From a virus (Duplodnaviria > Caudoviricetes), in IMG/VR virus record IMGVR_UViG_3300031576_000464, positions 4,811 to 68,810 of that record: a stretch of DNA of 64,000 nucleotides. The stretch is one strand, 5' to 3'. This document shows positions 45,842 through 56,420 of the stretch, one piece after another. The notes under the pieces were generated by a model. It was not told where the DNA came from. It did not search any database and saw only the letters and a list, made by a program, of their open reading frames with translations. The translations under genes were made by a program, and so were the position numbers. The number at the start of each line of letters is the position of its first letter. Within the stretch, counting starts at the first letter, position 1.

Positions 45842-47062
45842 TTAGAGTTTTATATCTCTGATTTTCCCTTGAGATTTGAAGTGTCTGCACACTGTTTCTC
45901 CCATCGTTCTGAACACTCCCTTTTCAGTGAATGCGTCATTGATGAATGGGTATCCTGGTGTACGTCTTGTTGCTTCGTAGTATTCTGTTGGAATTGCTAT
46001 TTGTATACCAATTCTTGGGTATCCATATCCTTCTGCATCAGATGTATCCAATGCGAATAGTCTACCAAGTTCTACTGTGTCAGCAGAGTTCTTTGGTGCA
46101 TCCTTTGTTGGGATGAATGGTACGCCGTAAATTGCGTCTACATGAATTCCTACTCCTGTGCCTTTGAATGTTTGAATTCCGTTTACATCGATTTGTACTA
46201 GGGCCTCTCCGTATGGATTTCCAATACGAACTGAGGGCATATACAATCCTTGTATTTCAGAATAAACTTCGTGCGAACCTAAGAATACGTTTGGGTCTTT
46301 ACCTGCTGCAATTCTAATCTTTCGTAAGAAAGAACGAATTGTGTCATCGGTTAGAACACCGTTAGTTCCTATAGTTCCGCTGGCTGAATCTACTGTACTA
46401 TCATAGGTCGTCACTGCATCTCTATCAACTTTAAACCATGGGTCTGCCCAATCAGTTCCTGCTAAGACGGTATCATAGTAGTCTGCCTCCGCTTTCGCAG
46501 ATACAATTCTATCTAATGTTTCCCAATCGTTGTAGGGTGATGCTCTAGTACCACCAGTTGTGGTTGCGCCGTTTTCTACGTCCGCTAGTAACATCCTGTT
46601 TAGGTTTTCTTTGTGTTGCACAGCCATATACAATCGTAGTGAACCAAGTCCACCCCAAATGTCGTCTCTGCTGTGAGTTGCTAACCATTCCATCACTTCT
46701 GATGCACTAAATGGTAATTGTGCCGTTTTTGGTCGGAGATCAATTTCCTCTAGTGTTGGTTTTACAGTGTCTTGTATTATGCCGCCTTCAACAGTACCAC
46801 CTAATGTGGAACCGCCTACTGCAGCCAATGTTGCTCTTGCCGTAATAATTCTCCATCCGCTTTTATCCCAAGGATATTTTGGAAGGATTCCGAAGGCGTT
46901 TGCCTCTAAGTTAAGCTGAGCCCATGCATAAGCACCATATATGGCGTTGAAAACGCCTGTAGTGGATGTTAAGATTGGAGCATCTGCTTTTCGGAGTAAA
47001 TTACGGTTGTGACCATAGTACAATGCTTCTAATTCTTCGATTCTAGTAATTTTGCCTGCCAT
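45842..47062 (-). CDS. Major capsid protein (HK97-fold, archaeal caudovirus type)
   Basis: YG...W.QLN.EAN.F..LPK.PW..SGWR motif; follows protease/scaffold. Confidence 0.88.
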   Translation of the reverse strand: MAGKITRIEELEALYYGHNRNLLRKADAPILTSTTGVFNAIYGAYAWAQLNLEANAFGILPKYPWDKSGWRIITARATLAAVGGSTLGGTVEGGIIQDTVKPTLEEIDLRPKTAQLPFSASEVMEWLATHSRDDIWGGLGSLRLYMAVQHKENLNRMLLADVENGATTTGGTRASPYNDWETLDRIVSAKAEADYYDTVLAGTDWADPWFKVDRDAVTTYDSTVDSASGTIGTNGVLTDDTIRSFLRKIRIAAGKDPNVFLGSHEVYSEIQGLYMPSVRIGNPYGEALVQIDVNGIQTFKGTGVGIHVDAIYGVPFIPTKDAPKNSADTVELGRLFALDTSDAEGYGYPRIGIQIAIPTEYYEATRRTPGYPFINDAFTEKGVFRTMGETVCRHFKSQGKIRDIKL

Positions 47063-47064
47063 GT

Positions 47065-48918
47065 CTAGTACAACCTCTCTTCCTCAGACGGAGTGTAATA
47101 CTTGCCGCTGATGATATTTTTTGCTACAATACTTAGGCCTTCATGTCCAAGTGCACGTGCGTCATTCAGTACTTCTGAATAATCAGCACCTACAGACTTG
47201 TTCACATTCTCTGGAGCAGAGCTTGGTCTTGGAGTCTCAGTTGTGAAACTGGTACCCAGTGCCTTCTCTTGCATTTTGAGTCCTGTTGGGTCCGTAGAAT
47301 TTTCGTTCTTCGGGTCGGAATCTCTAATGCTTGCTTGCTGAGAATTGCTTTGGTATGTATCTGGTACTTTAACTTTAGCACCTATATCTTCCTTATCATC
47401 CGTTGCCGGTTTGATAGGTAAGTTAGTTGGTGTTTCCAGTGCTTTGATTTTATCTTCTACAGTTTTTAGGCTGGTTGAAAATGCATCAATCTTGGCATCG
47501 GTCTTTTTCAAAGTATCAGCGATTGCTGACAGTGTGGCTGATATAGAATCTACTGGAGTAACAGTCTTTTCTTCTGTTTTCTCAATAGGTTTTTGTTCTG
47601 TGTTTTCAGTCATGCCGTTATTTATATGTTTCGCATCTGTATTTATATATATTTTGTTTTTTTCCTCTTTTTTGGGCTCTTTTTCCTCAGTAATTTGAGC
47701 TGAATCATTTTCTGGAGTGTTTCCTTGTCTTGATGTGTCATATCCTGAACCAGTTCTTACTCCTCCCTGTAATTGTGATAAATCTTTCTTTTTAGTTGCA
47801 TCGTCTGAATGTGTATCATCATCTACCTCGCCCACGACTCTATCTTCTGGCTCGTATACATCCTGTGTTCCCACCTGTTCTCCTACTGCAGATATTGTGG
47901 TTCCTATCTCTTTTTCTAGGTTTTCTGGTTTTAATTCTTCTGGAAGGTCAGTCCAGTGTAGAGGTCTGGTTAATTCTACCTTTGGAGGTGGTCCTCTTTT
48001 AATTACCTGATTATAAATAAATTCTGATACTTCTGATGCTTTTTCTTTCTCCCAACTCCCTATGATTTTTCCCCTTGTTTCTTTGTCATATCCATCACTC
48101 TCTAATTGAGAATCCCAATATGACCAATCATGACCTCTTATTGGCTTGTTTAAATTTGTTAGGTTTTCTGCTCCATCTACTAGACCAGCTTTAGCCTCTG
48201 GTGTTGAGTCTCTTGGTAATGCGGGTGTAGGGTCTTTAATAGATGATTCTCTATCTTTTTCGTCTTCATCAGTTGTGGCGCTTGCAGACATATTACCTGT
48301 AGCATTATCTGAAATTTCCGCCTTTTCTATAATACAACCAAAATTAGTACATCTTATAGTTGCCTTACCATCACCACGGTCTATTAGTTTATCACCCATC
48401 ATGGCTTTTGCCAGTGGATTTACATCTATTATTAGTGCTAGTGGCACCGCCGGTTCAGCGCAAACAGCTACCTCATAATGTTCCAGGTCTTTGAGAGAAT
48501 AGGCTATTGTTCCATTGGATTGTTTTACTGGTGTTCTATCTGATTTAGTAGCACCACCAAAACTGAGACCTTTGTATTTACCTGTTTTTATCGCATCCCA
48601 TATTTGGTCATCTAATTTATAATCTTTAAAAATTTTACCTGTTATTGTTATTGCCGGATATTCTATTTTGTTTTCATCTACAACTGTGGTTTTAGCAAAG
48701 TTAATACCTTTACCTACTATGCGATTAGAATGTGTGTCTGTAATTGGGGCCCCCCTGTCCATCCAAATAGGAAGTACTTTCATAAGTTCATCTACAACAG
48801 TAATTTCATTTTGACGGTCTACCATTTGTACTGTTAGTATTCCCTCAAAGAAACGCTCCAGAGAATCTTTTGTTGTTAGACTCTTCGTTACAAATGTATT
48901 AAAGAATACGTCTGCCAT
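47065..48918 (-). CDS. Prohead protease fused to scaffold
   Basis: TDTHSN, YKGLSFGG, EVAVC..PA; acidic linker and C-terminal coiled coil. Confidence 0.85.
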   Translation of the reverse strand: MADVFFNTFVTKSLTTKDSLERFFEGILTVQMVDRQNEITVVDELMKVLPIWMDRGAPITDTHSNRIVGKGINFAKTTVVDENKIEYPAITITGKIFKDYKLDDQIWDAIKTGKYKGLSFGGATKSDRTPVKQSNGTIAYSLKDLEHYEVAVCAEPAVPLALIIDVNPLAKAMMGDKLIDRGDGKATIRCTNFGCIIEKAEISDNATGNMSASATTDEDEKDRESSIKDPTPALPRDSTPEAKAGLVDGAENLTNLNKPIRGHDWSYWDSQLESDGYDKETRGKIIGSWEKEKASEVSEFIYNQVIKRGPPPKVELTRPLHWTDLPEELKPENLEKEIGTTISAVGEQVGTQDVYEPEDRVVGEVDDDTHSDDATKKKDLSQLQGGVRTGSGYDTSRQGNTPENDSAQITEEKEPKKEEKNKIYINTDAKHINNGMTENTEQKPIEKTEEKTVTPVDSISATLSAIADTLKKTDAKIDAFSTSLKTVEDKIKALETPTNLPIKPATDDKEDIGAKVKVPDTYQSNSQQASIRDSDPKNENSTDPTGLKMQEKALGTSFTTETPRPSSAPENVNKSVGADYSEVLNDARALGHEGLSIVAKNIISGKYYTPSEEERLY

Positions 48919-48991
48919 TAAAAGAATTATATAAACTTTACTTATTATAGTTTACTCTAGAGAATAAAAAATTTGGACGGTATATCATTCT

Positions 48992-49312
48992 TTATTCTAT
49001 ACCTAAAACTCCACCAACAATTACTTTATCTACTGCTGCAACTAGAGCGAATGAACCGGCTGCTGCTGCGACAAATCCTTGTGCTGATGTTATTGCTTCT
49101 GGTGTAGTACCTTGTATTGCCTGTGAAATCAGAACTCCTATTCCAAGGATTACTCCCAGGATGATGTCATTTCTCAGTTTCTTTGTTTCGAAACCGTTCC
49201 AATCTTCCTCGTTTCTGTGTTTTCTCCATGCACTTAGATAGCCGAAACCAGTCCAGGTAACTCCTGCTGCTACGACTGCTAATATTGGTGCTACTATTGT
49301 CTCTAAGACCAT
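48992..49312 (-). CDS. Membrane protein (holin-like)
   Basis: Three hydrophobic segments; own promoter. Confidence 0.55.
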   Translation of the reverse strand: MVLETIVAPILAVVAAGVTWTGFGYLSAWRKHRNEEDWNGFETKKLRNDIILGVILGIGVLISQAIQGTTPEAITSAQGFVAAAAGSFALVAAVDKVIVGGVLGIE

Positions 49313-49436
49313 ATTGATACTGATAAACCCCTTAATTTAAAGTTTTCTAATAATGTTATGAGTGTTATATTACTTTATTGGTATACAGTGGTCTAGTATA
49401 TCCTTTAGTATATCCCATTTACATTTATGTTCTGTT

Positions 49437-49661
49437 TCAGACTTTATTGCTTCCATAATCTATTGCTTCCCGAGATATAGAGAGACCTGTAATAATCATT
49501 GCAGATATTAATGAAATCAATACTGTTTCTGAGAAAGGTATTCCAGTAGTGTTGTGGAGTAATGCTGTTCCTATATTTATAGATGCTAAAGGGGAGAGAA
49601 AAGATACCCCAAAATTTCCCAGGATTCGTGCTATCCTTCTGCGGTGAGAGCATTGAGTCAT
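49437..49661 (-). CDS. Small membrane protein
   Basis: Two hydrophobic segments. Confidence 0.5.
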   Translation of the reverse strand: MTQCSHRRRIARILGNFGVSFLSPLASINIGTALLHNTTGIPFSETVLISLISAMIITGLSISREAIDYGSNKV

Positions 49662-49699
49662 ACATTATAATTCTTTTATAATAAGTTGTTATTTATAGT

Positions 49700-49924
49700 T
49701 TAAGGTATTGGTTTAAGTAGCTTATTCTGAATTAGGTACATTATGGTCATGGGATTTTCCATTATTATTTTTGTGAAATCATCATCAATCATTGTTTTTC
49801 CATCAAATTTACCACACTTCCAGCATAAATATACCTGATGTCGTATGTCTGAATATCCCAACATTCTTTTCTTACATTGAGGACACTCATGTGTTGAATT
49901 TTCCATGGGATGTATTAACAACAT
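49700..49924 (-). CDS. Zinc-ribbon protein
   Basis: CPQC...CWKCG. Confidence 0.55.
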   Translation of the reverse strand: MLLIHPMENSTHECPQCKKRMLGYSDIRHQVYLCWKCGKFDGKTMIDDDFTKIIMENPMTIMYLIQNKLLKPIP

Positions 49925-50418
49925 ATAAATATAAGTATTTAGTTAGATGTTTTGTGGCTCCATCAATATATGTTTTTGATAGTAAATCTAGTTATTTGTC
50001 ATATTATGGAGAATATTATAAAGATAAAGAATATTCTTCTCCTTTGACACATATGTATGTGGCTGGGAAGGAACACCACTTTAAACAATTAATAGTTTCT
50101 GTTAAAATGAGTAATGTGAAAGACAGACCTTCATTTGCCAGGAGTTTAGTTGTTATATTGGACGGAAGTTCTGTATATGACCATATGGATGGATTATATT
50201 TCTCTGTTCCTGAATCACTTCCACTATATTATAACAAAAAAAGTCATAATTTAGAAGTAAAACCACATAAATGGCAATTTTGGAGGGAACCAGAATATCT
50301 TAATCATCATATAGATAGATTTATAGGTGAAATACCAGTTGATAAACGAAGTTTTGTAAAGCCTGAAGCATATTATGATGCAGTACGTAATAGGATATGT
50401 CTTATACTAGTGTGTTAA
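49792..50418 (+). CDS. Hypothetical protein (true start uncertain, likely downstream)
   Basis: Long open frame filling an otherwise empty gap. Confidence 0.45.
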   Translation: MFFHQIYHTSSINIPDVVCLNIPTFFSYIEDTHVLNFPWDVLTTYKYKYLVRCFVAPSIYVFDSKSSYLSYYGEYYKDKEYSSPLTHMYVAGKEHHFKQLIVSVKMSNVKDRPSFARSLVVILDGSSVYDHMDGLYFSVPESLPLYYNKKSHNLEVKPHKWQFWREPEYLNHHIDRFIGEIPVDKRSFVKPEAYYDAVRNRICLILVC

Positions 50419-50839
50419 AATCTTGAAACATTAACTGCCAATCTTTTCCATGTTTCCTCTTCATTGAAAGCCAAAATGGGTCTACATTATACATACCTCC
50501 TCTTCTATTATACTCTTGTAAGATTTTTCTTACTTTAAGATGACAAGACTCACATAATCTGGCATTAATTTGCCAAACATGAAATGTATATGTATTACAA
50601 AAGAAACACATACCATAATAATTATATTTAATCTTGGTTAGAATGGCTTCCTTGGCTTTTTTAAGCATGCATGGTTCACATATGTCCACTATTGTTGACC
50701 CCACTGACCTGTTTTTGAAACATCCGAAGCAATATCCTTCTTTATAATGATTTACTCTAAGATATTCATTATCTTGATGTTTTTTCCATAATCTTTTAGC
50801 ATAATCAGACCCTAAAACTACGGGTAGTTCGGTGGGCAT
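50402..50839 (-). CDS. Multi-Cys zinc-binding protein
   Basis: Four CxxC pairs. Confidence 0.65.
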   Translation of the reverse strand: MPTELPVVLGSDYAKRLWKKHQDNEYLRVNHYKEGYCFGCFKNRSVGSTIVDICEPCMLKKAKEAILTKIKYNYYGMCFFCNTYTFHVWQINARLCESCHLKVRKILQEYNRRGGMYNVDPFWLSMKRKHGKDWQLMFQDFNTLV

Positions 50840-50918
50840 TACTCACAATCACATGTTCCTTCTTCGCAGTCACAATCTTCTTCTTTTTCTCCACATTCTT
50901 CACATGTGTATTCTATTT

Positions 50919-51122
50919 TCATATGTATTTTGCTCCTGTTATCTCCCTGCTGACAAATCCTATACACCGGTCTAGTGGTATTCCCGTCTTTTCACTAATC
51001 TCTCTTGATAATTCTATTGTGTTTGTATTGTTTTTTATACCTTTTTTAAGTAATTCTTTTATTATGTCAAAGTTTTCTTTTGTAATTGCCTTATACAGTA
51101 TTCTAGATTCATTGATTTTCAT
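50919..51122 (-). CDS. Small helical protein
   Basis: ORF track; overlaps upstream stop. Confidence 0.45.
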   Translation of the reverse strand: MKINESRILYKAITKENFDIIKELLKKGIKNNTNTIELSREISEKTGIPLDRCIGFVSREITGAKYI

Positions 51123-53679
51123 CTTCTGCCTCCTTTATTGCCTTTATCATCTTAATTATATCTTTAATCTTCCTCTTATTTATAACTTTTGTTTTATTTG
51201 ACTTTATAAGTACAATATTCTCTCTTATTTTTGACTGTTTTATGCTCATATTTTCACTTCCTATAGTTCCTATTTTTGGTTTTGTAACTTCTTGTGTGGT
51301 AAACCTGTCTAATATTGAAGGTTTTGTTATTGTTGTACCAAATGCTACTGGCTCATGTACGGCTGTTTCTGATTTTATTATATCACTTAGTCCATCTAAT
51401 ATTATTGTTGGGGAGAAGAATGATAAATCTACTGATTCTACTACATCGGCATGTGTTCCTACATCTGAACTGAAGAATGATTCTATTAGTTCCTGTACTA
51501 CTGTGTCAGTTTCATGTAATGTTAATGCCCCGGCGACTCTTCTCTTATGATAATATCCTATTCCTGCATTTCCTTGTTTTAGTGGGTCTAAACCTCCATC
51601 GGCGGTTAATTTATTTACTAATTCAGACGTATTTAGTGTTTCATTTACATTCTTAATTATTGCTGTAAAGGCTGTTAATATATAATTAAATAATTCAGAA
51701 ATGTTAAGTGTCTCATTTACATTTTTAGCTATCCCTAATACCTTGTTTGTTAACTCACTATTGTTTATTGTTTCTAATATGTTCCTAACTATACCTAATA
51801 GCTTATTTGTTGACTCTCCTACTTGTTCAGTTTCATTAGTGTTTACTGTTATGGCCAGTAGTTTGTTAACCAATTCAGATATTTGTTCATTTTCTCCTAT
51901 GTTCTTGACTAAAGATAATACCTTGTTTGTTAGTTCTTGAATGTCTTCCGTCTCGTTTAATACTTTGGTTATTGCCAATAGTTTGTTTATTAGTTCTGAT
52001 ATGTTCTCAGGTTCATTTATGTTTCTTATGAACCCAGTTAGTTTATTTGTTAGTTCAGATAGTTGTACTGTTTCCACCCCGACATTTCTCACAATACCCA
52101 AAACCTTATCTGTTAATTCTGATATATTTTCGGTTTCATTTGCATTCTTAACTTGACCCAATACTCTGTTAGATAATTCCTGTATATCTTCTATCTCATT
52201 TATATTCTTAACAAGACTCAATACACGGTTAACTAGTTCTGATATTTGCTCTTCTTCGTTTACGTTCCTGTTTATTGCTAATAACTTATTAATTAATTCT
52301 TGAATGTTTTCTGTTTCGTTTGAAACTCTCACCATATTCATGAGTTTGTTGGTTAGTTCGCTTATATCATCTGTTTCATTAATTATCCTTATTATTCCTA
52401 AAATCCTATTTAGTGCTTCTACTATCTGTTCTATTTCATCTACGGTTTTTACTATTCCTAATACCTTATTTGATAATTCCCCTATATTTTCTGTATCTGA
52501 TACATTTCTAACTAATGCAAGAAGTTTGTTAACTAACTCTGATATGTTTTCTGTTTCTAATATATTTTTTACTAATGCCAGTAGTTTGTTGATTAACTCT
52601 GATGTTTCCTCAGTTTCATTGAGGTTTCTAACCACTGCCATTATTTTGTTGTTTAGTTCTGATATATCAACGGTTTCGTTTATTATTCTTATTATTCCCA
52701 ACAGTCTATTGGTTAATTCTGATGACCGTTCCTCCTCGTTTACTATTTTTATTATTAATGTCCCACCAGATAAAATATAATTTAATGATTCTGTTATTTC
52801 TTCTATAGAGTCAACCGGAATTGATTTAAGAGCGTTTTTTAACTCTGATATATTCTCTGTTTCAAGTATATTTTTTATTATACCTAATACTCTATTGGTT
52901 AATTCGCTTGAACGTTCCTCTTCGTTTATATTTTTAACAGGTCCAAGTATTTTATTAGATAGTTCACTTGATTGTTCTGTTTCGTTTGTGTTTTTGTTTA
53001 AACCTAATATTTTGTTTGTTAGTTCACTGGAACGCTCTTCTTCGTTTGTGTTTTTAGTTATTATTATTCCTATTGACGCCGGAGCAAGTATATAACTGGC
53101 GGCATTACTAGTGCCTGTACCATCTGTTGGGTCTGTTGTACCGTCATAGTAAATTGTATTTGTATATGCTGTTGCCATTGATTGAGTTTGGTTTCTCCAT
53201 AATTCAAACACAAGAACGTCTCCATCTGATATTGTTACATTAGCTCCAGTTACATTATTAACCTCTCCTGTTTCTGAATTATTCCACTCTGTTCCTATTT
53301 GTGTTGTTGCATCATATATAAAACCAACAACTGTTGAGCTTGATGGCCTCCAGAAATATATAGACGCCGCCAAAAAGGCATTAGACGCAGCGTTAGATTC
53401 CTCTGCGGCTATTGCTATTGTCCATGTTCCAGAACCATATGTTCCTGCAAGTAATGGTTCAGATGTAAAACGTGCATGGTATCCCCGTTCTGCACCACTT
53501 GATGCATCTGTGGTTTGTGCTATACTAGTTTGTGAGCTTCCAACCCCTGGTAAAAGAGAAAGTGTCTCTTCTGTACCTGATGCGTTGTCAGCCTGAGTTG
53601 ATGCAAGGGCTGTTGATTTTTCACCTGTTGTTGGTGTTTTTGCGGCGGTTATATTTCTTAGATAAAATTTAGTTGCCAT
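51109..53679 (-). CDS. Virion fibre-like protein with about 23-24 tandem 20-aa repeats
   Basis: Repeat consensus (K/R)N.NE.E.ISEL.NK.L... counted by eye; beta-rich N-terminal domain. Confidence 0.75.
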   Translation of the reverse strand: MATKFYLRNITAAKTPTTGEKSTALASTQADNASGTEETLSLLPGVGSSQTSIAQTTDASSGAERGYHARFTSEPLLAGTYGSGTWTIAIAAEESNAASNAFLAASIYFWRPSSSTVVGFIYDATTQIGTEWNNSETGEVNNVTGANVTISDGDVLVFELWRNQTQSMATAYTNTIYYDGTTDPTDGTGTSNAASYILAPASIGIIITKNTNEEERSSELTNKILGLNKNTNETEQSSELSNKILGPVKNINEEERSSELTNRVLGIIKNILETENISELKNALKSIPVDSIEEITESLNYILSGGTLIIKIVNEEERSSELTNRLLGIIRIINETVDISELNNKIMAVVRNLNETEETSELINKLLALVKNILETENISELVNKLLALVRNVSDTENIGELSNKVLGIVKTVDEIEQIVEALNRILGIIRIINETDDISELTNKLMNMVRVSNETENIQELINKLLAINRNVNEEEQISELVNRVLSLVKNINEIEDIQELSNRVLGQVKNANETENISELTDKVLGIVRNVGVETVQLSELTNKLTGFIRNINEPENISELINKLLAITKVLNETEDIQELTNKVLSLVKNIGENEQISELVNKLLAITVNTNETEQVGESTNKLLGIVRNILETINNSELTNKVLGIAKNVNETLNISELFNYILTAFTAIIKNVNETLNTSELVNKLTADGGLDPLKQGNAGIGYYHKRRVAGALTLHETDTVVQELIESFFSSDVGTHADVVESVDLSFFSPTIILDGLSDIIKSETAVHEPVAFGTTITKPSILDRFTTQEVTKPKIGTIGSENMSIKQSKIRENIVLIKSNKTKVINKRKIKDIIKMIKAIKEAEDENQ

Positions 53680-53896
53680 TATTTACCCACTCTCCTATTA
53701 GACCACAATTACATTCATATTCCGGAGTTACTGGACAGTCTAACTCATATAATTTTTTATCGCATATAGACGAATTATTTTTACACTTACCTATCATAAT
53801 CCAACTTCTATCTCTTATACAATCGTGATATACTATGACATTATGTTGCCTATAAATTATTATTACTGACTTGTCTTGAGTCAGCTCTAAAGTCAT
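53669..53896 (-). CDS. Small Cys-rich protein
   Basis: Several Cys; overlapping neighbours. Confidence 0.45.
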   Translation of the reverse strand: MTLELTQDKSVIIIYRQHNVIVYHDCIRDRSWIMIGKCKNNSSICDKKLYELDCPVTPEYECNCGLIGEWVNNGN

Positions 53897-54087
53897 GGAG
53901 GAAGTTGTACTTGTGTGGAGATTACAACCACTATGGTGGGTGCACTGTTAGGGGAGAATGGTTTTCCCATATATGTCCAGTCTAGGTTTTGAGTTTCTAC
54001 TGTGTCTTTTCCCTGTGTTTGCATAAATGGTTTTCCCATATATGTCCAGTCTAGGTTTTGAATGTCTTCTTTTTGCGGTAAAACCAT
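53893..54087 (-). CDS. Small protein with duplicated QNLDWTYMGKPF motif
   Basis: Direct translation. Confidence 0.55.
   Translation of the reverse strand: MVLPQKEDIQNLDWTYMGKPFMQTQGKDTVETQNLDWTYMGKPFSPNSAPTIVVVISTQVQLPP
53957..54061. repeat. Perfect 36-bp direct repeat (53957-53992, 54026-54061), 33-bp spacer
   Basis: aatggttttcccatatatgtccagtctaggttttga occurs twice, with a 69-bp in-frame period. Confidence 0.9.
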
Positions 54088-54089
54088 GA

Positions 54090-56420
54090 TTACACCTGTG
54101 TCACTGATGGGTCAGAATACCATCCAGAATATGTTGTTACACCGTCTGTCGTATAAAACTGTGCCTGTATCTCTACAACACCTTTTTCAGTTGGAGTAAA
54201 TTGTATTGTAAGTTGTTCCCATGTATTAGCTGCTACTGTCATTGTATCAGAAACATCGGATGAAACTCCAGCCACCTGCCCCCCTTTAATTATTAATTTT
54301 CCAACACAGTTTGCATGTGTAGCCCTAAACCAAGCATTTACAGTAACTTGAGCGTTAGCATTACATGCTATATGAATTACTGGTAGATTCATTGCATTTG
54401 AGCTTGTAATAGTTGAAGAGGTGGGTTGAAATTTCCATGAATAGTTTGATGAACCATGTAGTTGGTCTGTTGATTTTGATATTAAACTACCTGCACCATT
54501 CATATATATTATATCATTATTAAGAGTACCATCATGTTTTTCAGAAAATGTATATGTTTGTATTCCTGTGCCAGTCGTAGTAAATTCATTCGCATTATCT
54601 ATTGTACAATTTCTCAAAACAACATCAGTAAATGCAAAATTAAATGGACCAGGATCAGAGTTTGTACTCGTTGAATTTATTATTGTTTGTATGCCCCTTG
54701 CTCCATCAATCGAATTAATAGAACTAGAGCATCTATCAAATGTACAACTATCTATAAATCCTTGTGTAGAGTTCATACTTATACCAGTTGTACAATTATT
54801 TATTGTGTTTGATTTTGCATAAGATTTATTTGAACCAAAAAGTATACCAGTTACACATGATTTTATTTTTGCATTTATAGCTTTACAACCTAGGGCACTA
54901 ACAAAATTTATACCAGCAGTAGCACAACATAAATAAACACCACCATCAACTGTTGAACTATACGCATTTAGACTAATGCCGTTAGAACATGAAACAGCCC
55001 CACAACTTATATATTTTATACGTCTTGCAGAAGTGCTAGCAGACTCAAACCCATTAGTATATCTAGATGTGTATATTTTTTCTAAAGTTACATCATTGTT
55101 TGTTGATACCTCAACATATGAACCAACGCCATTTTGACCATCCATATATGTTTCACCTGTTTGTGTTGACATATCTGTTCTATTCCATCCACCAGAATAT
55201 GTTATTGGTAATACTTCTGTTCCACTCTCTTGAATTGTTTCTGCATCAGCACTAGATGCATTCATGGACCTAATTATTGGTTCTCTTTTATGGGTTGTAA
55301 CTGTCTCTGATGTTCCAGTATATCCCTTTACAGCGGTTGCTGTCATACTGTTTGAATTTGCAGCTGCTAGAAAAACCCTTGTTCCTGATTTATCTATACT
55401 CATTATAGCAAACCATCCATCATCTGTCACATTTTTTCCTATAAGTGATGATAGAGTTAGACTATCTGTAGATGCTTTTGCTTTACCTGCTATTATATTT
55501 GATAGTAAAAAAGTCTGTGATCCATTATCAGTATTAACATATAATGCTATGCTTTGTATAGCACTTCCTAAAGCACTTCCTTTATCAATTGTAACACATG
55601 CCCACTGTCCGGTTACACCTACATGTGGTATGTTAAATGTATCAACAGCAGTATCGCCTATGGTGTCACTACAAAGTTTTATTGATATGTCACCATATGC
55701 ACCTATAGTACCACTAGCTAGCCTTATCCATAATGATATTTGTTGATATCCTGAATAATCGGTGGATGCTGGCAGTGCCCAATATGCTGCTTTTCCTGTG
55801 GTGAATGCAACGTCTATTACCAGTTGTTCAAAAACATCTCCTTCTTTTAATATAGCATCTGTTGTTACAAGAGAGGATGAAACATTTGCTGATGCTGTCC
55901 ATGCTGTTCTAGGATTTGTTACATCTCCTCTATTTCCAGTACATGCTATCCATTTAGTTACTGCTGATGCAAGTGTTACTACACTGGCAGTACGTTTTGT
56001 ACTTGTTCCGGTTGCCCCACCTACACCATTTCCGGTGCTACCAGATAACTCATATGTGTTTGTTGTAACATTTGCTAATGTCCAAGTACCGTTTGCAAAT
56101 GTGTTTGTTGTATGTCCTGTAATAACTGCTGTGTCACCATTAGAATACCCATGACCATTTTGTGTCACCACGATTGGTGTGGCGTTTGTAGACGACCCTA
56201 ATGTGGACGATACTGGTGGTTCACCTCCAATCGGTGCATTTGTCCAAACACCAGTCACTCCCAAACTTGTTGCGGTTGGTGATGCCATCATGCGAATTGT
56301 ATCTCCTGGGGCTGTTCTTGCTGCTGTTGCTCCAGATGTAATTGTCTTCCACCTATTAGTAAATGTAGTGCCATCATTGGAATCATTTCCACCCTCATAA
56401 TCAAGATAAAAAGTAGCCAT
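54090..56420 (-). CDS. Fibre/spike protein with parallel beta-helix (pectin-lyase-like) region
   Basis: YLD..GGNDSNDG start; repeated C..GI motifs; Ser/Thr-rich. Confidence 0.7.
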   Translation of the reverse strand: MATFYLDYEGGNDSNDGTTFTNRWKTITSGATAARTAPGDTIRMMASPTATSLGVTGVWTNAPIGGEPPVSSTLGSSTNATPIVVTQNGHGYSNGDTAVITGHTTNTFANGTWTLANVTTNTYELSGSTGNGVGGATGTSTKRTASVVTLASAVTKWIACTGNRGDVTNPRTAWTASANVSSSLVTTDAILKEGDVFEQLVIDVAFTTGKAAYWALPASTDYSGYQQISLWIRLASGTIGAYGDISIKLCSDTIGDTAVDTFNIPHVGVTGQWACVTIDKGSALGSAIQSIALYVNTDNGSQTFLLSNIIAGKAKASTDSLTLSSLIGKNVTDDGWFAIMSIDKSGTRVFLAAANSNSMTATAVKGYTGTSETVTTHKREPIIRSMNASSADAETIQESGTEVLPITYSGGWNRTDMSTQTGETYMDGQNGVGSYVEVSTNNDVTLEKIYTSRYTNGFESASTSARRIKYISCGAVSCSNGISLNAYSSTVDGGVYLCCATAGINFVSALGCKAINAKIKSCVTGILFGSNKSYAKSNTINNCTTGISMNSTQGFIDSCTFDRCSSSINSIDGARGIQTIINSTSTNSDPGPFNFAFTDVVLRNCTIDNANEFTTTGTGIQTYTFSEKHDGTLNNDIIYMNGAGSLISKSTDQLHGSSNYSWKFQPTSSTITSSNAMNLPVIHIACNANAQVTVNAWFRATHANCVGKLIIKGGQVAGVSSDVSDTMTVAANTWEQLTIQFTPTEKGVVEIQAQFYTTDGVTTYSGWYSDPSVTQV

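Noticed and set aside
51242-53095. Several + strand ORFs over the 20-aa repeat gene
   Set aside because: Antisense shadows of a repetitive coding region.
53957-54061. CRISPR mini-array
   Set aside because: Only two repeats, in-frame 69-bp period inside a coherent ORF, no leader, and no typical repeat termini; kept only as a low-interest finding.
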